From NCBI RefSeq assembly GCF_963921235.1, contig NC_086107.1:112904001-112968000 (forward strand): DNA of 64,000 nt. Reading direction: 5' to 3'. The notes under the pieces are model-generated. The model was not told the DNA's origin and searched no databases. It saw only the letters and a list, made by a program, of their open reading frames with translations. The stretch comes from Mobula hypostoma (Eukaryota). How positions within the stretch are numbered: the stretch's first letter is position 1; the number at the start of each line of letters is the position of its first letter. This document shows, piece by piece, positions 13,201-28,200 of this stretch. Both the position numbers and the translations under genes were made by a program.

Positions 13201-16200
13201 TTTAAACTAATTTGGCGGGGGCAGGGTGGGTTTCAGAGTGATAGTGCTGAGGATGGAGTAGCTGGTTTACAAAGAGTCAGTGCGTAGGAGCAGCTGATGA
13301 TGGGGCAAAATTACGGTCAACGGGACGGGTTGCAGTGTAAAAAGGGGACAAAATAGAAAAGGGTGATGAATACAGGACTGAAGCTGTTATATTTGAATGC
13401 ACACAGTGGACAGAATAAGGTAGATGATCTTGTAGCACAGTTACAGATTGGCATGAATGACATTGTGGGCATCACTGAATTGTGGCTGAAAGAAGATCAT
13501 CGTTGGGAGCTTAATGTCCAAGGATACACTTGTATCAAAAGGACAGGCAGGGAGGCAGAGGGGGTGGTATGGCTCTGTCGGTATAAAGTGAAATCAAATC
13601 CTTTAGCAATTCATGACATAGGATCAGAAGGTGTAGAATCATTGTTGGTAGAGCTAAGAAACTGAAAGGGTAAAAAGACCCTGATGGGTGTTATGTACAG
13701 ACCTCCAAACAGTAGCAAAGACACAACCAATATACTGGAGGAACTCAGCAGGCTAGGCAGCATCTATGGAAAAGAGTTTAGTTGAGGTCTGGGCCAAGAC
13801 CTTTCATCAGGACTGGAGGAAAAAAAGTGAGGAGTCAAGAGTCAGAAGGTGTGGGGAGGGGAGGAAGAAACGCAAGGTGATAGGTGAAACCGGGAAAGAG
13901 GGAGGGGGTGAAGTAAAGAACTGGGAAGTTGATTGGTGAAAGAGATACAGGGCTGGAGATGGGGGGTCCAATAGAAAAGGACAGAAGGCCATGAAAGAAA
14001 GAAAAGGGGAAGGAGCACCAGAGAGAGGCGAGGAAATAAGGTGAGAGGGAAAAGGAAATAGGGAATGGTGAAGAGGGAGCATTACAGGAAGTGAAAGGGG
14101 GGGGGGAACAGTATGTTGGAAGTTCCAGGTGTCAGCGGGCTTGTGAAGTCACCACAACCCGACAGAAGGTTCTTGGGAAACTGAAAGGTCCGAAGGTAGG
14201 TAAGTCACCTGGATCACATGATGCACACCCCAGAGTTCTGAAAGAGCTATTAGTAATGATCTTTCAAGAATCAATAGATTCTGGAATGGTTCTAGAAGAC
14301 TGGGAAATTGCAAATGTCCCTCCACTCTTCAAAAAGGGAGAGAGGCAGAAGAAAGGAAATTATAGACCAGTAAGTCTGACCTCAGCGGTTGGGAAGATGT
14401 TGGAGCCGATTATTCAGGAACTGGTTTCAGGGTACCTGGAGGCACATGATAAAATAGGCCAACGTCCTCATGGTTTCTTTAAGGGAAGATTTTGCCCGAC
14501 AGATCTGTTGGAATTCTTTGAGGAAATAACAAGCAGGACAGACAAAGAAGAATCGGTAGATATTGTGTACTTGGATTTTCAGAAGGCCTTTGAGAAGGTA
14601 CCACACATGAGGCTGCTTAACAAGATAAAAGCCCATGGTATTACAGGAGAGATACCAACAAGAATAGAACATTGGCTGATTGGCAGGAGGCGAAGAGAGG
14701 GAATAAAGGGAGCCTTTTCTACTGACTGCCAGGGACTAGTGGTGTTCCAGAAGGATCTGTATTGGGACCGATACGTTTTACATTATATGTCAATGATTTG
14801 GATGATGGAATTGGTGGCTCTGTGGCCACGTTTGCAGATGATACAAAGATAGGTGGTGGGGCAGGTAGTTTTGAGGAAGCAGAGGGGTACAGAGGACTTA
14901 GACAGATTAGGAGAATGGGCAAAGAGGTGGCAGATGAAATACAGCTTTGGGAAGTGTATGCTTATGCACTTTGGTAGAAGAAACAAAAGCATGGACTATT
15001 TTCTAAATGGAGAGAAAATTCAAAAATCTGAAGCGTAAAGGGACTTGGGAGACCTCGTGCTGGATTCCCTAAGGGTTAATTTGCAGGTTAGGAAGGCAAA
15101 TGCAATGGTAGCATTCATTTCAAGAGGACTAGAATATAAAAGCAAGGATGTAATGTTAAGGTTTTATAAGGGACTGGTGAGGCATCACTTGGAGTTCTGT
15201 GAGTACTTTTGGGCCCCTTATCTTAGAAAGGATGTGCTGACATTGAAGAAGGTTCTAAGGAGCTTCACGAAAATGATTCCAGGATTGAAAGCCTTGTCAT
15301 CTGAGGAATGTCCGATAGGTCTGAGCCTGTACTCACTGGAATTCAGAAGAATGAAGGGGGATCCCATTGAAACCCATCGAACGTTGAAAGGCATTGATTG
15401 AGTGGATGTGGACAGAATGTTTCGTATGGTGAAGGAGTCTAAGACCAGAGGACACGGCCTCAGCATAGAGGGACTTCCATGTAGAATGGAGTTGAGGAGG
15501 AATTTCTTCAGCCAGAGAGTGGAGAATCTGTGGAATTCGTTGCCACAGGCCGTTGTGGAGGCCAAGTCTCTAAGTATATTTAAGGCAGAGACCTTGATTG
15601 ATCAGGGCATGAAGGGATACGGGAAGAAGGCAGGAGATTGGGGCTGAGGAAAATCGGATCAGCCATGATGAAATGGTGGAACAGACTCGATGGGCCAAAT
15701 GGCTTAATTCTGCTCCTATGTCTTATGGTCTTATGGGTGTTAGAATTGTAGAGCACACAGGTTTTTGTGTCCTCATTTTTCCTTACAGCTCTGGAAAATA
15801 ACTAGTTGGAGTGGAGACATTAACTTGATTTCTGTAGTTTTTATATTCCCCAGGGCATTCCAATTGCTTTATAACTAACAACATACAGTTCTTTCGCAGC
15901 TTTCTCAGTATTGCATTAAATACAGTAGCTAATTTGTGTAGGAAAAGGTCTCACAAATCAGTCTTGAAATCCTTCCGCATGACACCAAATAAGTAATGCA
16001 ATTGTGAAGCAATAAATTGACGCATCACGATGAAGCCACACTAGTGGCTATACTTCATTGGGAGTCTGGTTTGTCACCAAAGGCTCTAGCAAGTTTCTAC
16101 AGATGTACAGATGGAGGGCATTCTGACTGGTTCCATCACCATCTGGCATGGAGGCTTCAGCGCACAGGATGAGAAAACGCTGTGGAGGGTTGTAAACTCA

Positions 16201-19200
16201 GTCAGCTCCATCACACGCACCAACCTCCCCATCTTCGAGGACATCTTCAAAAGGCAATGCCTCATGAAGGTGGCATCTGTCACGAAGGAACCTCACCACC
16301 CAGGACGTGCCCTCTTCTCATTCCTACCGTCAGGGATGAGGTACAGAGGTGTCTTTCCTGTAGGTAGGTGACCGGTACCGCACACAATACTCCATATCTG
16401 GCCTCGCTGACGTCTTATGCATGTTTCTCATCTCACTGCTGCCATCAGGAAGGTGGTACAGGAACCTCAGGAGCCACTCTACCAGGCTCAGGAACAGTAA
16501 TTATCCCTCAACCATCAGGGTCTTAAACCAACGGGGATAACCACTTAACTTCACTCACCCCATCACTGAACTGTTCCTACAAACCTATGGACTTACTTTC
16601 AAGGACTCTTCACATTCTTGATATTTATCGTTCATTTAAAAGGCTGGATCCATCCTTGGCTACAGCCTGGACTCTTCTGTGGAGAGGAGGTCACTAAACA
16701 AACGGTTGTCCATTATGGACAATCTGGCGCATCCTCTCCATGACCTACAGAATAAGCCGCTGAGCACCCTTCCAAACAGACCCATTCAGTTCCGCTGTCA
16801 CAGGGATCATTACAGAAAATCTTCCCTACCATATACAACACTTCATCTCTGTGTGACTGGAGAACACACATCACAGTATAGTAGTCTGCTTTATTATTTT
16901 GTACATTATTATTGCATGTTAGTACATTATTATTGCATTCTGTATTTTCTGTATAAGTTTGCACACTGCCAAGAGTGTTTTTAAATGTCCCTGCTGTAAT
17001 GAAAGAATTTCCCACTCGGGATCAATAAAGTATTTATTACTTATTTATTATTTCTTTTTTTTCTTTCTTTTTGTATTTGAAAATTTTTCTGTCTTCTGCA
17101 CAATGGTCGTTTGTCTGTCCTGTTGGGTGTGGACTTCAATGATTCTGTTGTGTTTCTTATACTTGCTGTGAATGCCCGCAGGAAAATGAATCTCGGGGTT
17201 GTTCAGTATATGGTGACGACTTTGTATTTATTTTGAACTTTGTACTTTATACAACTTCAACATGACATCCCAACTCCTGTACACAATACTCTGATTTATG
17301 AGGGGGCCAAAATGGAGGGTATATGTTTCTGGACCATTTCAAGAGAAAGTTAAGGGTAAGCCTCTGCTGTGGGATTGGGGAACATACAGCCCAGATCCTG
17401 TAAGAATGCCAGGCTGAGGGTAGCAGACACCAGCAGAATCAACAAACTCATTCGTAAGGCCAGTGATGTTGTGGGGATGGAACTGGACTCTCTCACGGTG
17501 GTGTCTGAAAAGAGGATGCTGTCCAAGTTGCATGCCATCTTGGACAATGTCTCCCATCCACTACATAATGTACTGGTTGGGCACAGGAGTACATTCAGCC
17601 AGAGACTCATTCCACCGAGATGCAACACAGAGCGTCATAGGAAGTCATTCCTGCCTGTGGCCATCAAACTTTACAACTCCTCCCTTGGAGGGTCAGACAC
17701 CCTGAGCCAATAGGCCGGTCCTGGTCTTATTTCATAATTTACTGGCATAATTTACATATTACTATTGAACTATTTATGGTTCTATTACTATTTATTATTT
17801 ACGGTGCAACTGTAACGAAAACCAATTTCCCCTGGGATCAATAAAGTATGACTATGACTATGACTATTTCCTTTCCTCAGGAACATTAGTGAGTGTGATT
17901 GTTATTTTTTAAAACAGCAATCCAAGAACTGGGCAGAATGGATCAATTTTTGGTGGGACTACTAAGGAAGTGGGTGGCGCCGTGGTAACTAGCACGCAGG
18001 AGACTTCCAAAAGACAGCACCTCAAAAAGGCAGCATCCCTCATCACCCAGGACATGCCCTCTTCTCAGTGCTACCATCAGGGAGGAGATACAGGAACCTG
18101 AAGACACACACCTAATGATTCAGGAACAGCTTCTTCCCCTCTGCCATCCGATTTCTGAATGGACAATGAACCCAAGAACACTATCTCACTATTACTTTCC
18201 TCTCTCGTTTTGCATTATTTACTTAATTTCTTATCTACACACTTCTTATTATAAGGTATAATTTTTATTATGTACTGCTGCCGCAAAACAACAAATTTCA
18301 CGATGTATTATCATCATTATGTGCTGTGTCGCGTGACAGGGGCGATCACGGTCTTCCACCTGTCCTTAATCTGCTTTTTCTGTGGGACAGATCCCCTTCA
18401 CACTGTTGTTCTTATTCTTTTCTCTGCCCATGACCATGATTGCTCTTGGCAAATTTTTCCACAGAAGTGATTTCCCTTCTTCTAAGGGTATCTTTACAAG
18501 ACGGGTGACCCCAGCCATTATCAATACTCTTCAGAGGTTGTCTGCCTGGCGTCAGTGGTTGCATAACCAGACTTGTGATATGCACCATCTGCTCATATGA
18601 CCATCCATCACCTGCTTCCATGGCTTCACATGACCCTGATCAGGGTGCTAAGCAGATGCTACACCTTGCCCAAGGGCAGCCTGCAGGATAGCAGAGGGAC
18701 TACTACTACTATTACGTCGACTCAGGCCTAGGGGGCCGGCGTCGGGCACGATGACGGACTCTCCACTTCTCCCTCTCCCTCATCAGTGTGTTCAGTTCAT
18801 CTACCTTAGCCGCGCCGCTGTCTTCTAGGAGCGCGTTGACCATAGTCTTGGGAGGGCGCCCGGGGTTCATCCTCCCATGCTTGGGCTCCCATATGATGAC
18901 TAGGCTGACAGGTAGCTCGGGGTGGCGTAGACAGTGCCCCGCTAGTTGCAGTCTTCTCGCCTCGATTTTAGTGGAGAGCATCGGTAGGTTGTTATAGAGC
19001 TCAACGTTCGTCATGTGCTATTGTCAACTCACGTCAAGAGCCATCCGGAGCATTCGTGTATAGCAACCATCTAGAGACTTTCCCATAGACTTGGTGAGTG
19101 TCCACGTCTCACATCCGTACGTGAGAATGGACTCTAGGACTGCTATGAAAATCCTCTTTTTAAGCCCTCTGGTCAGGTTCGGCTTCCAGATTTCCTTCAT

Positions 19201-22200
19201 GCCGTTCATAGCCCTCCACGCCAGCGCCTTCCGTATCTTTATGTCCTTCTCCGAACTCATCATTCTTGACCGGAGGTACTTGCAGTCAAAGCAGAACATA
19301 GCAGATGGAAGGAGCGCCTTACACCTCCTCTGTTAGAGAGGCATCTCCTCCCCACCACTTACACACACAAATATCTGTTCCAACACCACCCCCGAGCTCA
19401 CCATTTCCACACGTGGACTGGAGAGCCATGAGTGAGGTCGAGGCGATGCTCATTGGTTTTCTGGTCACGTACTGTACCTGTAGCACTGGGATGCAAAGTC
19501 CAAAGATGCAGATCGCCACAATGTTTTCCTTCAGCCACTTGATAACCTTGTCGTAGCATGGCTGTGGACGGAAGACAGCAAGTTAAACCCATGCATGAAC
19601 TGTTTATCACACAAACACTCGGTGGCCACTTTATTAGGTACACCTGTCCACCTGCTCATTAATGCAAATACCTAATCAGCCAATCACATGGCAGCAACTC
19701 AATGCATAAAAGCATGCAGACATGGCCAAGAGGTTCGGTTGTTCAGAACAAACATCAGAATGGGGAAGAAATGTGATTTTGACCCCTCGGTTAATGGTAC
19801 AGGTCCATGGCATAAAAACGGTCAGGAACTCCTGCTCTAGAGTTTAGAGAATGTGAGAAACAAAAAAAAATCCAGTGAGTGGCAGTTCTGTGAGTGAAAA
19901 CACCCTGTTAATGAGGGAGGTCAGAGGAGAATGGTCAGACTGGTTCAAGCTGACAGGAAGGTGACAGTAACTCAAGTAGTCATTCATTACAACAGTGGTG
20001 GGCAGAAGAGCATCTCTGAATGCACAACATGTTGAACCTTGAAGTGGATGGGCTACAGCAGCAGAAGACAATGAACATACACTCAGTGGCTACTTTATTG
20101 GTACAGGAGCTACCTTAAGTGTAGTTCTTAAATCCACGAGGCTGCACTGAACTTTAATCCTACAGTTGCCCTAAATTGTAATATTACCTCATCTATGTTT
20201 CCGTTGTGAAGTGCCACAATTTAGCTCTTTCACTCCAGAAACTCGTGGCCGAGGAACAGGTCCATTGAACAAGACAATGGCATATGTCATTACACCACAT
20301 CATTATGTAAGTGCCTCACTAAAGAAACTAAGTAGACATCATTATGGGTCTTGTGTTTCCCTTTCGATTAGTTTCTGAAATACAAAACAAACATCTGTAA
20401 CTCATGTTCTCAGTATTATCTATTTACTTTTTTGTATTTGGACACTTTGTCCTCTTTTGCACGTTGGTTGTTTGTCTGTCTTTGTGTGCAGTTTTTCATC
20501 GATTCTATTGTATTTCTCTGTTTTACTGTGAATGCCTGCAAGAAATGTATAGTTTACCAGGTCAAGTCTCTGGAGAGGAGGTCTGAGGTCACAACCATTT
20601 GACTGAAAGTAGAGTTTTAATCTAATCTCGGTTTTAAGTGCTTCATTTTTTTTACAAAATAAACAAATCGTTTGACACCGAGGCCAACCTGCATTTACAT
20701 AGTGACTTTAACTGACAAAAACGTTCCACAGGAGCCTTGTCAAGCAAAAATAGACAAGAGCCACATGAGACAAAATTAGAGCAAGCCACTAAAAGTTGAG
20801 TACTCTGGTCTAAAGGACAAAGGGTGAGAGAGAACGCGAGACCATAGAATCTTGATAATTGCTTTCATCAGTGCAGAGATGATTTGTGTTGTCAGATGAG
20901 AGCAAGGCCACCAAGGAGAAATTGAGGAACTCTAGCCTGTTCATTTTAGGAAAAAAAAATGGCCGACTGGTGGCATCAGCACCCGACTTTGAGGTGAGAG
21001 GTCCTGGGTTCGAATCTGGCCGGCTCCTTGCACACTTTCCAAACATGCTGAGTTGAGCGTCAGGCTTTCAACTTGGCCTCATAAAAAACAGACAAAATGC
21101 TAAAGGAACAGCAAGATTGCCACCTGATGCACCTCCAGATGCAGAGAGGCCTAGCACTTTAGAAAAATGAGAGGACTTTTTCTTCAAACATGGAAAACCC
21201 TTAAAGGGATTGGTGGAATAGACAGAGGCAATTTCTTCTCAGTGGGAAGTCAGACTGGAGTTTACGGTACCAGGATAAGAACTGGACATTTAGGTTTGAG
21301 ATGAGACATTTCTCCACACTGAGGTTTGTGAATCGTTGGAATTTGTCCATCTCAATTGGCTGCAAATGTTTAGTTACTGAGAGCATTAAAAGCAATTTCA
21401 AGTTCCTGGGCGTCAATATTGCTGAGGACCTAACCTGGTCCCAACATATCCATGCAGCTACAGAGAAGGCAAGACAGTGACAGCCAACTGGCGTTTCAGA
21501 AATTTCTCCAGATGTTCCTCTGTGAAAGCACAGAGGAACATCTGGAGAAATTTCTGAAACGCCAGTTCGCTGCAGTTGTTACTGCGCGATGGAGAAATCT
21601 TTCGGAGGGAAGGCCCCAGAATCACTGGCTTTGCCTGCTGCTGGCCACCGAGATTGAGGTCGAATCGTTCGGATAGAGATGGCGCTCAGTACTCGGTGTC
21701 GGAGGGCTGATCGGAGGCTCAAAGTTTTCGGACGACTCAGAGTCGGACTGTGGTCGGGTATGGCAGGGAGAGTTTTCTTCCTTCTCCCGTCTGCGTGAGA
21801 TGTGGGACTTTTGAGAGACTTTGAACTTTTTACTGTGCTCATGGACTTCTTCATCAAGTTATGGTATTCTTGCACTGTTGTAACTATATGTTATAATTAT
21901 GTGGTTTTTGTCAGTTTTTCAGTCTTGGTTTGTCCTGTGTTTTGTGATATCACACCGGAGGAAATATTGTATCATTTCTTAATGCATGCATTACTAAATG
22001 ATAATAAAAGAGGACTGCGTGTCTTCATAATCTAACTAACTATATTTCATTTTGAGGCGATTTGGTTTGTCACCAGAGACACTCTCAAATTTCTACCTAT
22101 GTACTGTGGAGAGCATTCTAGCTGGCTGCATTATTGTTTGGTATGGGGAGGGGTACTGCACAGGATTGAAGCAAGTTGCTGAGAGTTGTGAACTCAGTCA

Positions 22201-25200
22201 GCGCCATCATTCAGGACCCAGTCACCCAGGACATGCGCTTTTCTCAGTGTTACAATCAGGGAGGAGATACAGAAGCCTGAAGATAAACACTCAATGATTC
22301 AGGAACAGCTTCTTCCCCTCTGTCATCCGATTTCTGAATGGACATTGAATCCATGAACACTCCCTCACTACTTTCTTTTTTGTTTTCTGTTTTTGCACTA
22401 CTATATTTAAATCTAACTAGTTAATATACATATATACTTACTGTAATTCAGTTTTTCCCTGTACTTATCATGAATAGCATCGTACTGCTGTGTCAAAGTT
22501 AACAAACTTCACGACATATGCCGGTGATATTCTGACTCAGATTCTGACGAGTTTCATTGAATGACTCAGCTCTTTCCTCTTTACTGCTTTTCATGGCTGC
22601 CACACGTGATGCAAATATGATGGAGGGTGAGTAAGAGGCCAGAACATGAGAATTAGGGTTAAGAAGAGGCCACCTAGTCCTTCATGCCAGCTTTGCATTC
22701 ATTGTTCATGTTGTTTCCTGCCCTGTCCACACAGCTATTTATATCCAGAAATCTACTGATCTTTTGAATCATTCACTGACTGAACATCAAAATTTCAATG
22801 ACTCATCACCATTCAGTGAAGAAACTTCTAAGTGGCCACACCTTAATCTGAGAGAGCCTCTCAGGTCCTCTCAGCCAGAGGAAATGTACCCACCCTGTCA
22901 AATACTGTAAGAATTTTTTTAAGGATCATTTTTTCTGAACTCTGGTTACAGAAGACTTTTCTACTTAATCACTCCTTGTAAAGCAATCCTATCAAAAAGT
23001 CTGGTGAATATTCACCAGCTTCACTGAACATGCACAATACAGGGCCTTAGGCCTAGGCCTGTGGTGTTCTGCTGAGCTTTGAACTCAGTCCAAGATCAGT
23101 CTAACCCCCTTCCTTCCTCCATAGCCCTCCAGCTCTGTTAATTAATTAATCCATTCAGAGATACAGGCCCTTTCGACCCAACAAGCTTCACCACCCAGCA
23201 ACCCACCCATGTATCCCTACAGGACAGCTTACAGTGGCCAGTTAACCTACCTCCCCACACGTCTATGGACTGTGGGAGGAAACTGGAGCACCCGGAGGAA
23301 ACCCACGCGGTCATGGAGAGAACATACAAACTCCTCACTGTCAACGGCGGAGTTGAACTCTGAACTCTGATGCCCCAATCTGCAGTAGTGTCACATTAAC
23401 TGCTACGCTATTGTGGTGAGCTTTTCTATTATCCGTATACTATTTCCAAGTTTTTTTTAATGTCCTTCTAACATTATCCCTGGCTGTGTGTTCCACACAC
23501 CACCATTCTGAAAAATAACTAACTCTGACATCCCCCCCGCCCATACTTTCCTCCAATCACCTTAAAATTATGCCTCCGCTTCCATCCTTGGAGAACTCCA
23601 TGTATGCTTCTTCTCATTTGTACACCTCTATCAAGTTATCTCTTATCCTTCTTCACTCCAAAGAGGAAAGCCTTAGCTCTCTCACAAGACATGCTCTCCA
23701 ATCCAGGCAGCATCCTGGTAAATCTCCTCTGCACCCTCTCTAAAGCTTCCACGCCCTTCCTATAATGAAGTGACCAGAACTTAACATAATTTTCCAAGTG
23801 TGGTCTAACCAGAGTTTTATGGAGCTGCAACATTACCTCATGGCTCTTGAACTCAATCCCTCAACTAATGAAGGCCATACACCTTCTTAACCACCCTATT
23901 AACTTGCATGGCAACTGTGAGGGACTATGGACGTGGACCCCAAGATCCCTTTGTTCCTCCACACTGCTAAAAAATCCTACTATTAACCTTGTACTCTGTC
24001 TTCAAACTTAACCTTCCAAAGTGGGTCATTTCACATTTTTCTGGGTTGATCTCCAAGTCGTGGCTATCCCTCGAGGTCGAGGATGATGGTCTTCATTCTG
24101 AAGAAGTGGCCCACAGAGCGAAGACGCCTGTGCGTGTATTTGTTTAACGTGTACTTGAGGTTGCACTCCAAGAAGCACACGATACTTCACAAATCAACCG
24201 ACTGATTCCAATGGCACGGAAACCACGACGATTGGAGCTGATGGATTTGTTGCAGCCTTCATCCGCCTTCACAGCCATTGAGTCTGAAGTAACTTTGTCC
24301 ACCTGTTCCACCGTTGAGGTCTTGGTTGGATTGTTCTTTGTCAGGGACCTCACCCTCGACCTTACCACCATGGGTGACCCTACCAGGAGCACAGCAAGTG
24401 ATCTCCAAGTGCCATTCTTCTGTTTAAGAAGCCCAAAGCTACACTCAAGCTTCAGGTGCAGTCTCAACAAAGCCCTTCGAAATCACAATAGAAAATCTTC
24501 ACTCTTTGCCCAAATTCTGTTGTAATAAAGGCAAAGAGCATTTGTTACTTGAGGATCTGAGTATAGGAGTCCAGGTAAAGGCCAGCAAATCATTTGCCTT
24601 CCTCATTGCTTCCTGTACCAGAAGCAAGTACCGGAGGCCCAGAGGTGGGCCTGTCCTGCGGTTGGAGGCCTGTCTCAGTGAATGAGTGAATGGTTGGCTG
24701 GGGAGGGTGCAAGAAGGGCTTGTTATGCTGATGTTTCCTTGTCTTCTTTTATATTGTTTTGTTGTTCCCTCTGCAATCTCTTCAGCTACTTCCTTCGGAA
24801 CCCGAGGGTGCATTCCATCAGGTCCAGGAGATTTATCCAATAGAGGCCCATATCAGAATCGGGTTAATCACCACTCACATATGTCATGAAATTTGTTTTT
24901 TTTTGTGGCAGCAATACAGTGCAATACCTAAAATTACTACAGTCCCGTGCAGAAGTCTTAGGCACCCTAGCTATATATGTGTGCCTAAGAGCTTTGCACA
25001 GTACTGTACAATGAAGCATTGAAATATATAATGGAATGTGTCAAATCAAATCGGTAAGTATAGTGCTGGGGGCAGCCCGCGAGTGTCGCCGCGCTTCCAG
25101 CACCAACTTTGCGTGCCCGCCACTCACTAACCCTAACCCGTGTGTGTTTGGAATGTGGGAGGAAAACTGAGCACCCGGAGGAAACCCACAGACAGCGGCA

Positions 25201-28200
25201 GGAATCGAACCCTGATTGGCGGTCGCCAGCGCAGTAAAGTGATTGCGCTACCCAATCTGCCCTTATAATTCAGCATCCATTCCACACCCAAATATCTGAA
25301 CTTCTGACTCACGTCTTTCCACCAGATATCAGGGATGCTCGAGCAGTTGTTGATCAGCTTGAAGCAGCAGGAAACGGGCACCTTACTTCCGTTTAAGACA
25401 GAGAACCAGTCGTCATAGCGGATGACACCACAGCACCGGAACTGCGCAGAGAAAGAAATGCACGCACGCAATCAGTTTCACTTCTAACCTCATCCCTGAG
25501 CAATGAGAGCTGATAATATTTTGATCTTCCAAATGATAAAGGCTCAATAAGGAGCCATGTGAACAAGTTTACTGTCATTGATAAAAGGGGCTTTAAGAGG
25601 ATGGATATTAATGTGTCCAAATAAGAGGAAAGAATTGTCAAATACCAGAAGGCAGGCATTGAAGGTGAGAGGGGGTAACTTCAAAGGTGGTAGTTTTTTT
25701 ACTCAGAGAGTTGTGGATGTCGGTATGGCGGTACAGGTAAATACATTAGAGGCTATTAAGAGACGTTTAGATAGGCTCATGGATGTAAGGACGATGCGAA
25801 GACGTAATGCAGGCAAGTGCGAGGTTTTGCACTTCCGTATGAGCCAATTGACGTAGGTCTTACACAGTAGGGCACTGAAGAGTATGGATAAACAAGAGGA
25901 TCTAGGAAAACAGATCCATAATTCCTCGAAAGAAGCATCACAGGTAGACAGTGTTGTAAACAAAGCTTTTGGCACATTGGCCTTCATAAATCAATGTAAT
26001 GAGTACAGGCAATGGGATGTTATGTTGAGGTTGTATAAGACATTGGTAAGGCCTAATTTGGAGTATTGTGTGCAGTTTTGGTCACCTGTGTTGTGCAGTG
26101 TTGGCGCGTGGCCAAGTGGTTAAGGTGTTCGTCTAGTGATCCGAAGGTCACTAGTTTGAGCCCTGGCTGAGGCAGCGTGCTGTGTCCTTGAGCAAGGCAC
26201 TTAACCACACATTGCTCTGCGACGACACCGGTGCCGAGCTGTATGGATCCTAATGCCCTTGGACAAGATTGGTGGCATGGAGAGGGGAAACTTGCAGCAT
26301 GGGCAACTGCCAGTTTTCCATACAACCTTGCCCAGGCCTGCGCCCTGGAAACCTTCCAAGGCGCAAATCCATGGTCTCATGAGACTAACGGATGCCTATT
26401 TGGTCACCTACCTACAGGAAAGATGTAAATAAGGTTGAAAGAGTGCAGAGCAAATTTACAAGGAAGTTGCTGAATCTGGATGACCTGAATTATAAGGAAA
26501 GATTGAACAGGTTAAGACTCCATTGCTTAGAACGTAGAAGATTGAGAGGAGATTTGATAGAGGTATACAAAATTATGAGGGGGATAGATAGAGTAAATGC
26601 AAGCAGGCTTTTTCCACTGAGGTTGGGTGGGACTACAACCAGAGGTCTGGGGTTAAAGGTGAAAGGTGAGAAGTACAAGGGGAACATGAGGGGAAACTTC
26701 TTCACTCAGAGAGTTGTGAATGTGAAACGAGCTGCCAGCACAAGTGGTGCATGTGAGCTTGATTTCAACGTTGAAGAGAAGCGTGGACAGGTACATGGAT
26801 GGTAGAGGTATGGAAGGCTGTGGTCCTGGTGCAGGTCGATGGGAATAGGCAATTTAAATGGTTTCGGCATGTTGGGCCTGTTTCCGTGCTGTACTTCTCT
26901 ATGACTCTATGGAGGGATATGGACATTGTGTGGGTAGGACGGAGTAGTGGTTTTGATTTACTTTTTAGCTGGTTCGACTGAACACTGTGGGCTGGAGGGC
27001 CCGTTCCTGTGCTGTACTCTTCTATGTTCTATGTGCTATCGTGAGAGTTGGACAAACTGGGGGTTGCTTCGCTGGAATGGCGAAGGCTGAGGGGAGATCT
27101 GACAGAGGTTAATAAGATTAGGAGAGCACGGACAGAGGAGACAGATAGCATCCTTTTTCCCAGGGTTGAAAAGTCTAAAATCAGAGGGCACGCATTTAAG
27201 CTGAGAGGGGTTAAATTCAAATGAGATGTGCGGGGCAAGTTAGAGAATGGTGGATGCCTGGAACTCACTACCTGGGGTGGTGGTAGAGGCAGATACATAG
27301 GGACTTGTAAGAGAATGTGAGGGAAATGGAAGGATTGTGTAGGTAGAAGTGATTCATTTATTTAGCCAGTTGATTACCAATTTAATTTTTTTGATACAAC
27401 ATTGTGAGCCAAGGGGCCTGTCCCTGTGCTGTACTTTTATCTGAATAGCTGGCTGGTGGTGTAGTGGCTTCCGCAGTGGACCTCGAGGTGGGTATTCCCA
27501 GGTTCGAATCTGGCCAGATCCCGGCACAATTTCCATCCGTGCTGGGCTGAGCATCACTCTAGAAACTTTGCCTCGTCAAAGACAGACAAAATGCTAAAGA
27601 AACAGCGGTTGCCGCCCGATGCACCACACGGCACGGAAAGGAACAACACTGATCTGCAGGGAAGGCCGATCAAGGAGCTTACATCCATCTGCACAATATC
27701 CCAGCCATTGGTCAAATCGCTGTGTCCAGATGTGTTGTAGAACTGAAGTCCTTTCTTCAGCTCCTTCTTCGCATACTGGTTTATCTAGGGGTAAATACAA
27801 GATAAAAAGCAGTTGTAATAATCCGGTTTCTCAATCAATTGTTCCATCGTAATGGAATCAGATATCACTGTGCCTGATCAGATTTCATAATCACAGCATG
27901 CCAACCAATTCGTCAGGATTAGTTACAGATGTCAATTGTTTGATTGGAGTCAATAATGGATCTCGGGTAATCAATTAGTGTCAGGAAACGTAGAGGAGGC
28001 TTGACCCAAACACAGAGCAGTGGAAACAATTTGATGGTGAGTGAATACTTTAATAATAGACTGCAAAAATCGAAGCTATGAACGGCTGCAAAACAAGAGA
28101 GATCATAAAGCTGAAGATCTAGGAGCAGAATTAGGCATTTCATCATGGCTGATCCATTTACCTCTCAGCACCAATTTCCTTCCTCCTCCCCGTAGCCCAT

